From an uncultured bacterium (GTDB lineage Bacteria; CSSED10-310; CAZUFC01): DNA of 64,000 nucleotides. Each line of letters starts with the position of its first letter. The first letter of the stretch is position 1. Below are positions 20,231 to 29,721 of this stretch, piece by piece. Both the position numbers and the translations under genes were made by a program. The stretch spans positions 1-64,000 of the forward strand of contig CAZUFC010000035.1 in the NCBI GenBank assembly GCA_964619725.1, read 5' to 3'. Below the pieces are notes generated by a model, which worked only from the letters and a program-made list of their open reading frames with translations, had not been told where the DNA came from and made no database searches.

Positions 20231-21691
20231 ATGAGCGCCAAAATTGGAATAGCGCGAGCTGATTTTTTACTTCCCGTCAGGAAGTTTGCGGGAAAGGGAA
20301 ACAGAATAGAAGACGGATATATTTTATGGGAAGAGGAACGCTTGATGGAAGTGGGTGCGTATGAAGAGGAGAAGGGGAAGGCTTTATTGAGGAAATACGG
20401 GGATAAACTGACGGTATTGGGGGAGAATGGCGACGGGAGCGTTCCCAGGTTGCCCGGATTATTATTGCCGGGCTTCGTTAAAGGCCACGGACATGATCAT
20501 GAATCCCCAATAATCGGAATAAGTAAAGATGCGCCTTTGACGACGTGGTTGGACGAAGCCGTCAATCCATTTACGGGTTTCATCAATCAGAAAAAAGAAG
20601 AATTGACGAAAAGATTCGGCATGACTCCTCATTTGCTGACTTATTTAAAAGCGCGTCTGGATGATCTTTCATTCGGCATAACGTCGTGCCTGGTTCATCA
20701 CTGCAATCACAACAAGTATAATGTTGAGGATTTAGCGGCAGCCAACCGGCAGGCCGGAACGCGAATGACGGCTGCAGTGGGATCACAGGATAGGAATTAC
20801 GTGGAGATATTGCTGGATAAGCCGGAAGAGGCGGTTGAGAGAATGGATCGTTACCGTGAATTGTTTGCGGGTGAGGAGCGGTTTCGAGTGGTTCCCGGGC
20901 CTGATCAATTTTTTTCTAACGGACCGGAGATACTGAAAGGTTTAAAAGATTGGTCCCGCAAAAATGATACGTTAATTCACATACACAGCAGCGAAGAACC
21001 TGCCACCACAAAGTGGTTTCGAGAAACTTACGGGAAGACGCCGGTGGAGTATGCCGAAGAGATTGGATTTTTGGACGAAAGGACCATACTGGCGCATCAG
21101 GTGAATTGTACGGGAAACGACCTGGAAATTTTAAAACGAACGGGGACGAAAGTAGTACATAATCCTTTGGCCAACACCATTTTGGGTTCGGGAATGCCGC
21201 CTGTAATGAAAATGATGGAACTCGGCATTCCGGTAGCCGTATCCACAGACGGGTCGGGCAGCGCCGACAACCAGAACATTATCGCTGCAGCGCGTTTGGC
21301 TTCCCAGTATCAGAAGGCTTTAAACCAGGATGTAACGCAGCTTCCAGCGGAACAGTTACTGGAAATGATAACTGCCATACCTGCGTCATTTCTTGAAATC
21401 AATGCCGGATCGCTGGTTCCCGGAAAAGATGCGGATTTTATATTGATCGACACCAGGCGCCCCAACATGACGCCGACGAGACGTGACAACTGCCTGGAGA
21501 ATCTGTTCTGGGCAGCGGCGGGAAATGAAGTTCGTTATGTTGTTGCCGGCGGCCGAATACTGGTGGATGATTATCGATTCACCACATTGGATGAAAGTAA
21601 AATCAAAAGTGATGTGATGAAGCTTTCCGAAATGTTCGTCGAATATCGCGAAAAGTCGGAACGCTTGCGGGGAACGGGAGTACATAAATAA
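20231..21691 (+). CDS. Amidohydrolase family protein (MtaD/SsnA-like nucleoside or base deaminase)
   Basis: PGFVKGHGH metal motif, HIHSSE, AHQV, HNPLAN, STDG and GK.ADF. Confidence 0.82.
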   Translation: MSAKIGIARADFLLPVRKFAGKGNRIEDGYILWEEERLMEVGAYEEEKGKALLRKYGDKLTVLGENGDGSVPRLPGLLLPGFVKGHGHDHESPIIGISKDAPLTTWLDEAVNPFTGFINQKKEELTKRFGMTPHLLTYLKARLDDLSFGITSCLVHHCNHNKYNVEDLAAANRQAGTRMTAAVGSQDRNYVEILLDKPEEAVERMDRYRELFAGEERFRVVPGPDQFFSNGPEILKGLKDWSRKNDTLIHIHSSEEPATTKWFRETYGKTPVEYAEEIGFLDERTILAHQVNCTGNDLEILKRTGTKVVHNPLANTILGSGMPPVMKMMELGIPVAVSTDGSGSADNQNIIAAARLASQYQKALNQDVTQLPAEQLLEMITAIPASFLEINAGSLVPGKDADFILIDTRRPNMTPTRRDNCLENLFWAAAGNEVRYVVAGGRILVDDYRFTTLDESKIKSDVMKLSEMFVEYREKSERLRGTGVHK

Positions 21692-21723
21692 TTCAAGGCA
21701 TTATTAAAAAGACAGGAAGAGAA

Positions 21724-23694
21724 ATGAAAACTGAAAAAAATAATCTGTTCAGGTATACGTGTTCAGCATTTTTAATCGCAATGGTTTTCGCCTGCTGCAA
21801 TGCGGCATGGGCTGACGTCGAATTCGAATGCCCTTACCGTGGCCCCGTAGAGGAGGCAATTCACCGTATTGAGGTCACTCATTACCTTTTAGACATAACG
21901 GTGGATGTTGAGGATCAGTCCATATCGGGCCGTGTGGACATTTCAATGAAAGCGTCGCCGGAAGAGGATTTATTGTATGATGTTCCGTTAGACCTGGTCG
22001 AGTTGACGGTTGATGAAGTTTTGGCGGACGGAGCGCCGGCTGAATATGAATATGACGGAAGGGAAATTCTGGTAGAATTGCCGAATCCACTGTCTGCCGG
22101 CGAAGTCTTCCAGATATCCGTGAGTTATCACGGGGATACGGGACAGGGATTGAACTGGAGGCTGGGCAATGCTTTTAACGACATGGTTGAAGCATCGAGG
22201 TGGTTTCCCTGTTATCATGAGCCGGACATGAAATGTACTGCGGATATGCGGTTTACGGTTCCGGAGGATTATTTTGCGGCATCCAACGGACTCCTGGTGG
22301 AGGAGATAGAGAATCCCGACGCCACGAAAACGTATGTTTGGCAGGAGATTTACCCGATTGCGACCTATCTTGTGACGGTAAATATCGATCAGTATGTTTC
22401 CTTTACAGAGGAATATCCTGGCGTGCCGATGCGTTTTTACGTTTTTCCTGAAGACCTGGAGAAGGCTGAAGTCGATTTTGAAAATGCCGGAGTCATCATG
22501 GGATTTTTTGAAAGTATGTTCGGACCGTACCCTTTCGATCGATACGGTATCGCTGAGGTGAGAATGGCGGGCGCCATGGAGAACCAGGAAATGGTCTCTT
22601 ACGGCAAAATTTTCATTAAGGGAGACAAGCGATTCGAAGATACTTTCGCGCATGAGATGTCTCATATGTGGTGGGGCGATTCATTGACTTTGACCGATTG
22701 CGTCGACGTATGGCTGAATGAAGGATTCGCCACATACTGCGAGGCGCTCTGGGAGGAATTCAATTACGGAGAAGAGGCTTATAAGGAGACCATGGAGACT
22801 TTCAAAGAAAACTATTTTGAGGAGGATGAGCACAACCGTTTTCCGATAAGAGACCCGGAAATCATATGGGGTTGCACAACATATGAGAAGGGCGCCTGGG
22901 TATTGCACATGCTTCGTCATATCACGGGAGATGAACCCTTTGAGGAGATACTTCAACAGTATTATGAGGATTTTAAGTACATGAATCCGACTACAGCGGA
23001 TTTTCAGGCCGTCTGCGAATCTGTTCACGGCGAATCTCTGGAATGGTTTTTCGATCCCTGGCTTAACGAGGCCGGATATCCTGAATATTTATGGGATTGG
23101 AAAATCGAACCGGAAAACGACAATAAATTTCGCCTGTTCGTTACCGTTGACCAGGAACAGGAGAATGCTCCTCTGTTTCGAATGCCCATTGACCTTCATA
23201 TCGTTTCAGGTGAGGAAACGCAGATAAAAACAGTGATCGTGGATGGTGAAACCAATAATTATTCATTTATCCTGGATGATGAACCGAATCAGGTCCAATT
23301 CGACCCAGACGAATATGTACTGAAAAAAACCAATCGCGGGGCTCTTCCGCGAGAGACGCTAATACTGCTTGCCGGATACGTTGACACAGTTTTGTCTTCT
23401 TCAGCAGGCGGCCGATTAAAAATATGGGCCCTTCTTTCTCCGGAAGTTCTCCCGCTGACTCCAGAAGTAGAACTGTATTATAACGGCGTTCCTGCTGGAG
23501 TTTTTCTTTTCGACGACGGATCGCACGACGACGGAGCTTCCAATGACGGATTATACGGCATTGCTTTCGATGTTGCCGAATCAAGCGGACTGGAAACCGG
23601 CAGTATAACGGGAATCGAAATGCGCGCAATCGACGCGTTCGGTAATGACGGCCCTCTTTGGCCTTACCTGAAGGTCCGCGATGACGGGCGCTGA
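21724..23694 (+). CDS. Secreted M1-family metallo-aminopeptidase with an Asp/Gly-rich C-terminal domain
   Basis: GAMEN, HEMSHMWWG (HExxH), WLNEGFA and YEKGAWVLHML. Signal peptide. C-terminal LFDDGSHDDGASNDGLYG. Confidence 0.9.
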   Translation: MKTEKNNLFRYTCSAFLIAMVFACCNAAWADVEFECPYRGPVEEAIHRIEVTHYLLDITVDVEDQSISGRVDISMKASPEEDLLYDVPLDLVELTVDEVLADGAPAEYEYDGREILVELPNPLSAGEVFQISVSYHGDTGQGLNWRLGNAFNDMVEASRWFPCYHEPDMKCTADMRFTVPEDYFAASNGLLVEEIENPDATKTYVWQEIYPIATYLVTVNIDQYVSFTEEYPGVPMRFYVFPEDLEKAEVDFENAGVIMGFFESMFGPYPFDRYGIAEVRMAGAMENQEMVSYGKIFIKGDKRFEDTFAHEMSHMWWGDSLTLTDCVDVWLNEGFATYCEALWEEFNYGEEAYKETMETFKENYFEEDEHNRFPIRDPEIIWGCTTYEKGAWVLHMLRHITGDEPFEEILQQYYEDFKYMNPTTADFQAVCESVHGESLEWFFDPWLNEAGYPEYLWDWKIEPENDNKFRLFVTVDQEQENAPLFRMPIDLHIVSGEETQIKTVIVDGETNNYSFILDDEPNQVQFDPDEYVLKKTNRGALPRETLILLAGYVDTVLSSSAGGRLKIWALLSPEVLPLTPEVELYYNGVPAGVFLFDDGSHDDGASNDGLYGIAFDVAESSGLETGSITGIEMRAIDAFGNDGPLWPYLKVRDDGR

Positions 23695-23727
23695 TCTTCC
23701 TCCAGTCATCCATCTTTACCGCTGATT

Positions 23728-25470
23728 ATGAAAATACTGTTCATCGACGGCTATGTGGATGAACCAGCGGCCCTGGGAGTCCCTCCTTACCTTTCGCCGC
23801 AGGCCAGATACGTCTGGGGAGCCGTTCAGGATGCGGGAGCGGACGGACGTTACATGACGATCGACGAGGTGCGTCGTCGATCGAATATACTGGTCAGAGA
23901 ACCGGATGCCGGAATTAATTCGACTGAAGGCTTCCGTAAGCCGGTGAAATATCCGGTAACAGATGAAAAAATAGATTTATTGGTCCTGCTTGCTGGAGCG
24001 GTAGTCCCCGGTCGATATTTGAGGGCTTTTCCCATATCGAAAAGAGAAATTAATGCCCTGATTAAATGGTTTGATGGTCCCGTCATCCTGGGAGGAGCAC
24101 AGATCAGACAAAATCAGCAGGAATACCGGATCGTCAGCCAAAAACGTCCTCATTTCCATATTTCGACAAAAGACTTGGATGCATCTGTATTCGATTTTCT
24201 ATCTCAAGACTCGTTTCAAGACAGAAGAAGAACGGAAGAAGAATGGGACAAATGGGCGTTACTCGGGGCTTCCCTCACCGTTTTTCATCCCGATTATCCT
24301 GAGCCCCTCATTTGCGACGTCGATACCTCTCGCGGTTGCGTCAGATGGTTCACCGGCGGTTGCAGGTTCTGCATCGAGCCCTCTTACGGCAAACCCTTCT
24401 TTCGCAGCATAAGTTCAATAAAAAATGAAGTGCAACGGTTGTCGGATGCGAACGTCCGCAACTTCAGGCTGGGGGGACAATCATGCTTTTTCTGCTATAA
24501 AGCATTAAATGTCGGCGAAACGGAAACTCCTGAACCTCGACCCTCGATGATTGAATCTCTTTTGCGCGAAGTCAGAACTGCAGCCCCTGATCTTAGCGTC
24601 CTCCATCTGGATAACGCCAATCCCGCGGTCATCGCTGAACATCCTGAAAAAGCGAAACAAATAATGAATTCGATTCTTAAATATTGCACTCCAGGCAATG
24701 TGCTGGCTCTGGGGATGGAATCGGCCGATCCCCGCATAATACATGCTGAAAACTTGAACGCTTCTCCGCAACAGATGTGGGAAGCCGTTAAACTGATTAA
24801 TGCTGCCGGAGGTTTGCGGGGCGCTAACGGCATGCCCCATACTTTACCCGGCATCAATATCCTGTGCGGGTTTAACCTCGAAAATAAAAACACTTATTCC
24901 CTGAATTTTCAATTCCTGGAATCCCTTTTGAACCACGGGCTGCTCGTTAGAAGGATCAACGTTCGACAGGTCCTGATGCCTGATGCTGCTAAACCGAAGA
25001 AAAAATCTCATTCCAGGTTTCTTCGTTTTAAAAGGCAAATAAGGGAAAAAATCGACAGACCTATGCTGCAGAAAATTATCCCGCAAGGCTGTATCCTTCG
25101 GAAAGTCTTTACTGAAATAAGAAAAGGTAAAATTACCTTCGGAAGACAACCCGGCTCATATCCTATACTGGTAGGCATTCCCTACGAGTTGCCGCTTAAC
25201 CGGTTCGTCGACGTGAAAATAACGGGACATGGTTATCGAAGCGTTACAGGAATAAGCGTTCCAATGAATATTAATACTGCTGAGTTTACGGCCCTTCAGG
25301 CTTTGCCCGGCATCGGAAAAAAAAGAGCCGTAAGATTAGTGCAAAAACGGCCCTTTCATTCTGGAAATCAGGTTATGCAGGCCTTGGATGAACCGGAAAT
25401 ATTTCAAAGAATCCGGCCTTTCATAAGCTTGGACTCAGAAAGCGCACCGAACCCGGATCAACGAAAATAA
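23728..25470 (+). CDS. Radical SAM protein with C-terminal helix-hairpin-helix motif (COG1031-like)
   Basis: N-terminal IDGYVDEPAALGVPPY, Cys motif CVRWFTGGCRFC (CX7CX2C), RRINVRQV, FGRQPGSYPILVG, and HhH INTA...LPGIGKKRA. Confidence 0.85.
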   Translation: MKILFIDGYVDEPAALGVPPYLSPQARYVWGAVQDAGADGRYMTIDEVRRRSNILVREPDAGINSTEGFRKPVKYPVTDEKIDLLVLLAGAVVPGRYLRAFPISKREINALIKWFDGPVILGGAQIRQNQQEYRIVSQKRPHFHISTKDLDASVFDFLSQDSFQDRRRTEEEWDKWALLGASLTVFHPDYPEPLICDVDTSRGCVRWFTGGCRFCIEPSYGKPFFRSISSIKNEVQRLSDANVRNFRLGGQSCFFCYKALNVGETETPEPRPSMIESLLREVRTAAPDLSVLHLDNANPAVIAEHPEKAKQIMNSILKYCTPGNVLALGMESADPRIIHAENLNASPQQMWEAVKLINAAGGLRGANGMPHTLPGINILCGFNLENKNTYSLNFQFLESLLNHGLLVRRINVRQVLMPDAAKPKKKSHSRFLRFKRQIREKIDRPMLQKIIPQGCILRKVFTEIRKGKITFGRQPGSYPILVGIPYELPLNRFVDVKITGHGYRSVTGISVPMNINTAEFTALQALPGIGKKRAVRLVQKRPFHSGNQVMQALDEPEIFQRIRPFISLDSESAPNPDQRK

Positions 25471-25596
25471 GCGTCCGGCGATTCTCAAAAAATTCCAAGA
25501 AAAAGGCGAACCGGCAATAATAAATAGCCTCGTTTTTTTATTGAGACAACTTGCAACCCGCGTTGGATAAGCCTCGAAAAAACTCGTCAGTGAGGT

Positions 25597-26208
25597 TTAT
25601 TCAAATTCTTTTTTCAGTCCGTCAAAATTGATTTTTTCAGCGAAAGATTTGGCCGTATCGCCTGATTCGAAACCTTGTGTGGTAATCGTTATAACGACAT
25701 TGCTGGGTAAGTTGTAGGTCAAAACGGTTTCCTTATTGGTTCCGTTGTAGACCAAATTGCCTCGATTTCCCTTAGTCGTGACCACCTGGGAATCTAATGA
25801 ACCGTCCATTGATGCCGCCAGTCCCGCAAATCCCATCAAAGCGCCCAAGCCGCTCGTTCCCCCGGCTTGACTGCCTGAAAAAATCATTATTTCCACGGTG
25901 TTCGACGTGTCATTATGAGTGTATTCTCGCGTCAGTCCCTGCATGCCCATTACATTGCCGCCTGAAACGTCTTCCTGCGTATAACCTTCCATATTCTCAG
26001 GAAGAAACGTCATCATCTTTTTCATATGAAGGTTGCTCAATTCCTTTTTCGCCCATTCCAGTTCCTCCAGCGCCTTGGCATATTTTTCCTCGTCGTAATA
26101 CTTTCGAGCATTATTCAAAAATTCTGTTATAGTATCCGCGAGTAAAGCCTCGCTGAACAACAATACCGGTATAATCAAAAACAGAAAGATACTGCACGCT
26201 TTTCTCAT
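25597..26208 (-). CDS. Secreted hypothetical protein
   Basis: Signal peptide, helical N-terminal part, RBS AAGGAG. No family recognised. Confidence 0.65.
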   Translation of the reverse strand: MRKACSIFLFLIIPVLLFSEALLADTITEFLNNARKYYDEEKYAKALEELEWAKKELSNLHMKKMMTFLPENMEGYTQEDVSGGNVMGMQGLTREYTHNDTSNTVEIMIFSGSQAGGTSGLGALMGFAGLAASMDGSLDSQVVTTKGNRGNLVYNGTNKETVLTYNLPSNVVITITTQGFESGDTAKSFAEKINFDGLKKEFE

Positions 26209-26272
26209 CTCTTAGAATCTCCTTTCGATAATAAACGTAACTGAACAGACGAATGTTAAGCCGTTCAATCGG

Positions 26273-27106
26273 TTACTTCCTCAGCATGCTCTTGCCTGCT
26301 TTGGTTCGAAAATCGTATATCGCATGACGGTAAAAAACCGTCGGCGTTCCGCCCTTCATCAGTATCTCGATATCCCACTGACTGAACCAGGATATGATGC
26401 CTTTCAGCTTCTCCCCTTCAAGCAGTGTAACGTATAGCACTTGCTTCTCTTCGTATAATTCAAACAATGTATGATTATGAATGCGGTTACGATCCAGAAT
26501 TTTTTCCGCCGGCCTTAAATTTTTCGCTGCGATTTTCTCGTCAATTGATAACGCTTTTTGCACTTCATCAGCATGCTCGGGCAAATAAGCATATTTCAGT
26601 AACAACTTGTGGACCTCGCGCTCCTCACCTTCATTCGTCTCTACAACGAATTCATAAGGATTGTCTTCGATAACCCTGCCCCGCAACCTCTCGCCTTCAA
26701 ACAATTCGTATATCGCCTCTCGCTTCTTTTGCATGTTCTCGCTGATGAACGTCCGCATGTTGTTCCTGGCGCGATATCTGCCCCAGCGATCAAGAAACAA
26801 AGCTCTTTCAAGCGATACTTTCTGGTCTACAACCAGGGCTGCCAATCCTCCGTTGATCTCATGCTCTTCCATCAATTTATGGATGCTGCGCTTTCTCGTT
26901 ATCCATACGAGGTATTCGTTGAGATCACGCTGTCCCTTGGCTATTTGAACCGCAGCATTCATCGCTATGCCCCACTCTTCAGCCAGTTGTCGCGCCTTCT
27001 CCATTACCTCAGGATTATCTTTCTTTTGCCTGGGTCGTTGAGCTTTTCTTACTCTATATTTCCCTTTTTCCTTGTTGTGTTTTCGATAGGCTCTTTCCTT
27101 TTCCAC
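26273..27106 (-). CDS. Hypothetical basic protein with two Hfq/Sm-like domains
   Basis: C-terminal VTLLEGEKLKGIISWFSQWDI...VFYRHAI resembles Hfq Sm1/Sm2 (YKHAI). A second, degenerate copy (ELFEGERLRGRV...VHKLLL) precedes it. Lys/Arg-rich N-terminus. GTG start. Confidence 0.6.
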   Translation of the reverse strand: MEKERAYRKHNKEKGKYRVRKAQRPRQKKDNPEVMEKARQLAEEWGIAMNAAVQIAKGQRDLNEYLVWITRKRSIHKLMEEHEINGGLAALVVDQKVSLERALFLDRWGRYRARNNMRTFISENMQKKREAIYELFEGERLRGRVIEDNPYEFVVETNEGEEREVHKLLLKYAYLPEHADEVQKALSIDEKIAAKNLRPAEKILDRNRIHNHTLFELYEEKQVLYVTLLEGEKLKGIISWFSQWDIEILMKGGTPTVFYRHAIYDFRTKAGKSMLRK

Positions 27107-27407
27107 CCCTTACTCCCTTTGTTTAAGCATTCTCTTTGAATCCTTCTTTCACATACTCAGTTCAAGCTAGCATAAACGAAAGAAAGCGTCAACAGGAATC
27201 AAGTCCGCCTGACGGAGGAGCAGCGATTTTTCACCACAGTCATATGGTTTTAATAATAATTTACTCTTCTGAAGAGCGGCCAGAGATTCTTTCATTTGAG
27301 ACGAAATGGGTGTAAGGAATATTTTTAAAAAATTTTTTTTTGCAGCGGAGCCCGATTTTGCATCTTTTATCCTAAATAACAAGCAATTAACTCCATCTAT
27401 ATTTTTC

Positions 27408-27461
27408 TTGACAACTCAATATATGGTGGAGTAAAAAAGATGTGACTACGAGATATTGTTT
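27408..27461 (+). promoter_or_regulatory. nrdD promoter with tandem NrdR boxes
   Basis: TTGACA at 27408-27413. ACTCAATATATGGTGG (27414) and CTACGAGATATTGTTT (27446) resemble the NrdR consensus acaCwAtATaTwGtgt and lie 32 bp apart, directly upstream of an RNR operon. Confidence 0.7.
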
Positions 27462-27515
27462 TTTCGTAAAGTAGGTTGAGTAAAAAAACTAAAAAAAAAA
27501 TTGAAAAGGTGGGGC

Positions 27516-29531
27516 ATGAAATTTCCTATTATCATTCGAAAACGAAATGGCATCTGCGTTGATTTCGATCCTGTAAAGATACGGAATGCAATAGCGAAGG
27601 CCATCACTGCAGTCGGAGAGGAAAGAACATGCGATCCGGAGAAGTTGACGGTTCGAGGTATAGAGAAGTTGAGCTGTCGATTTTCGGAAAAGGATGTGCC
27701 GACGGTTGAGGAAATCCAGGACATTGTAGAGGAGACGCTGATAGAGGCGGGACATACGGGAGTGGCGAAGGCATACATATTGTATCGAGACCAGCATATG
27801 CGTTTACGAGAGACAGAGGCGATAGTACTGGATGGAGTGAAGCTAGTGGAGGATTATTTAGAGCGCAGCGACTGGCGAGTAAAGGAAAACAGCAATATGA
27901 CGTATTCGCTTCAGGGGTTGAATTTTTATCTGGCGTCATATATTTCTGCCCGTTATTGGTTGAACAAGATATATCCTCCAGAAGTGAGGGAGCGTCATAT
28001 TGAGGGAGCGATGCATATTCATGATTTGGGGATGCTGGCAGCATATTGCTGCGGATGGGATTTACATGATTTATTGATTCGAGGTTTCGGCGGGGTAGGC
28101 GGCAAGGTATGCAGCAAGCCTCCGCGACATCTGCGTTCGGCGCTGGGTCAAATCGTGAATTTTTTCTATACGTTGCAGGGTGAGACGGCGGGAGCCCAGG
28201 CATTTTCCAATTTCGACACGCTGCTGGCTCCATTCGTGTATTACGATAAGCTGTCGTATGACCAGGTAAAGCAGGCGATTCAGGAGTTTATATTCAACAC
28301 GAACGTACCGACGCGAGTCGGTTTTCAGACGCCGTTCACTAATTTGACGATGGATCTGGTATGTCCGCGTCATTTGAACGAGGAGCCGGTGATAGTCGGA
28401 GGGGAGCTACAGGAAGGGCGTTATGGAGATTTTCAGTCTGAGATGGATATGATCAACCGGGCGTTTGCGGAGCTGATGCTGGAAGGTGATGCGCAGAGAC
28501 GGGCATTTACGTTTCCAATACCGACTTACAACATTACGGACGATTTCGACTGGGACAATCCGAATCTGATACCGATGTGGAAAATGAGCGGTAAATACGG
28601 CATACCTTATTTCGCTAATTTCATTAACAGCTCATTGAAGCCGGAGGATGCCCGTTCGATGTGCTGCCGTCTGCGTCTGGACAACCGTGAATTAAGACGT
28701 GGAGGACTGTTTGCGGCCAATCCTTTAACGGGGAGCATCGGCGTCGTGACGATCAACATACCGAGGATAGCTTATGCATCGAATACGGCAGATGAATTTT
28801 TCGAAAATTTAAGCCGTACCATGGAATATGCGAAAGTAAGTCTGGAAATTAAACGGAAGGTGTTGGAGCGATATACGGAGAACGGGTTATATCCATACAG
28901 CCGCCATTATCTGGTCAGCATAAAGAGTAAACTGGGAGATTACTGGGGCAATCATTTTTCAACGATAGGGTTGAACGGGGTGAATGAAGGGTGCATTAAT
29001 TTTCTGGGAGTAGACATCGGTCATCCTGAAGGGAAGGCATTTGCCGTCGAAATATTGAGATTCATGCGCAGGAAATGCAGCGAATACCAGGATGAGACGG
29101 ACCATTTGTACAACCTGGAGGCGACGCCGGCGGAAAGCGTCTGTTATCGTCTCGCGAAAGAGGACAGGCGCAGGTTTCCGGATATACATACGGCTGGAAC
29201 GGAAACGGAGCCTTATTATACGAATTCCTCGCATCTGCCGGTCAGTTATACGGACGATCTGTTTAAGGCGTTGAGTCATCAGGAAATTCTACAGCAGTCC
29301 TACACAGGCGGGACGGTTTTTCATGGCTTTGTGGGCGAGCGCATTTCTGACTGGCGTCAGGTCAGACTTTTAGTCCGTAAGATTGCTGAAAATTTCCAGT
29401 TGCCTTATTTCACCATAACGCCGACATTCAGTATTTGCCCGGTCCATGGTTATATATCAGGGGAACATCGTTATTGTCCTTATGATCACAGCGAGGCGGA
29501 ACTGGAAAGATTCGGAGTTGAAGCATCATAA
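27516..29531 (+). CDS. nrdD: Class III (anaerobic) ribonucleoside-triphosphate reductase large subunit with ATP-cone, lacking the C-terminal glycyl-radical segment
   Basis: ATP cone (IRKRNG...FD..KI..AI; VEEIQD.VE), HIHDL, YCCGW, finger loop SMCCRL, EATPAES and CPVHG...CP. It ends without an RxxGY motif. Confidence 0.93.
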   Translation: MKFPIIIRKRNGICVDFDPVKIRNAIAKAITAVGEERTCDPEKLTVRGIEKLSCRFSEKDVPTVEEIQDIVEETLIEAGHTGVAKAYILYRDQHMRLRETEAIVLDGVKLVEDYLERSDWRVKENSNMTYSLQGLNFYLASYISARYWLNKIYPPEVRERHIEGAMHIHDLGMLAAYCCGWDLHDLLIRGFGGVGGKVCSKPPRHLRSALGQIVNFFYTLQGETAGAQAFSNFDTLLAPFVYYDKLSYDQVKQAIQEFIFNTNVPTRVGFQTPFTNLTMDLVCPRHLNEEPVIVGGELQEGRYGDFQSEMDMINRAFAELMLEGDAQRRAFTFPIPTYNITDDFDWDNPNLIPMWKMSGKYGIPYFANFINSSLKPEDARSMCCRLRLDNRELRRGGLFAANPLTGSIGVVTINIPRIAYASNTADEFFENLSRTMEYAKVSLEIKRKVLERYTENGLYPYSRHYLVSIKSKLGDYWGNHFSTIGLNGVNEGCINFLGVDIGHPEGKAFAVEILRFMRRKCSEYQDETDHLYNLEATPAESVCYRLAKEDRRRFPDIHTAGTETEPYYTNSSHLPVSYTDDLFKALSHQEILQQSYTGGTVFHGFVGERISDWRQVRLLVRKIAENFQLPYFTITPTFSICPVHGYISGEHRYCPYDHSEAELERFGVEAS

Positions 29532-29556
29532 TTTTTTTTGTATTAGGGAGGATGCA

Positions 29557-29721
29557 ATGAAGGAGAAAAAAATACCGTGTGAAGTTTATTCCCGCATAGT
29601 CGGATATTTGCGGCCGGTTCAGAACTGGCACAAGGGGAAGCAGCAGGAATACAAAAACAGAAAGGAATACGATACGGGGATGACCGTAAAAGAAGCCGAA
29701 AAGGAGGCGCTTTTTCATTAG
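29557..29721 (+). CDS. nrdD: Stand-alone NrdD glycyl-radical domain (54 aa)
   Basis: CEVYSRIVGYLRPVQNWHKGKQQEY carries the RxxGY glycyl-radical motif. It has its own RBS (GGGAGG) just before ATG 29557, and its stop overlaps the nrdG start. Confidence 0.88.
   Translation: MKEKKIPCEVYSRIVGYLRPVQNWHKGKQQEYKNRKEYDTGMTVKEAEKEALFH

Noticed and set aside
29446-29721. nrdD as a frameshifted pseudogene, or the 91-aa ORF start at 29446
   Set aside because: The small ORF has a strong RBS before ATG 29557, the large ORF has intact catalytic motifs and a clean stop, and nrdG and the NrdR boxes are intact. A sequencing indel cannot be fully excluded without reads.
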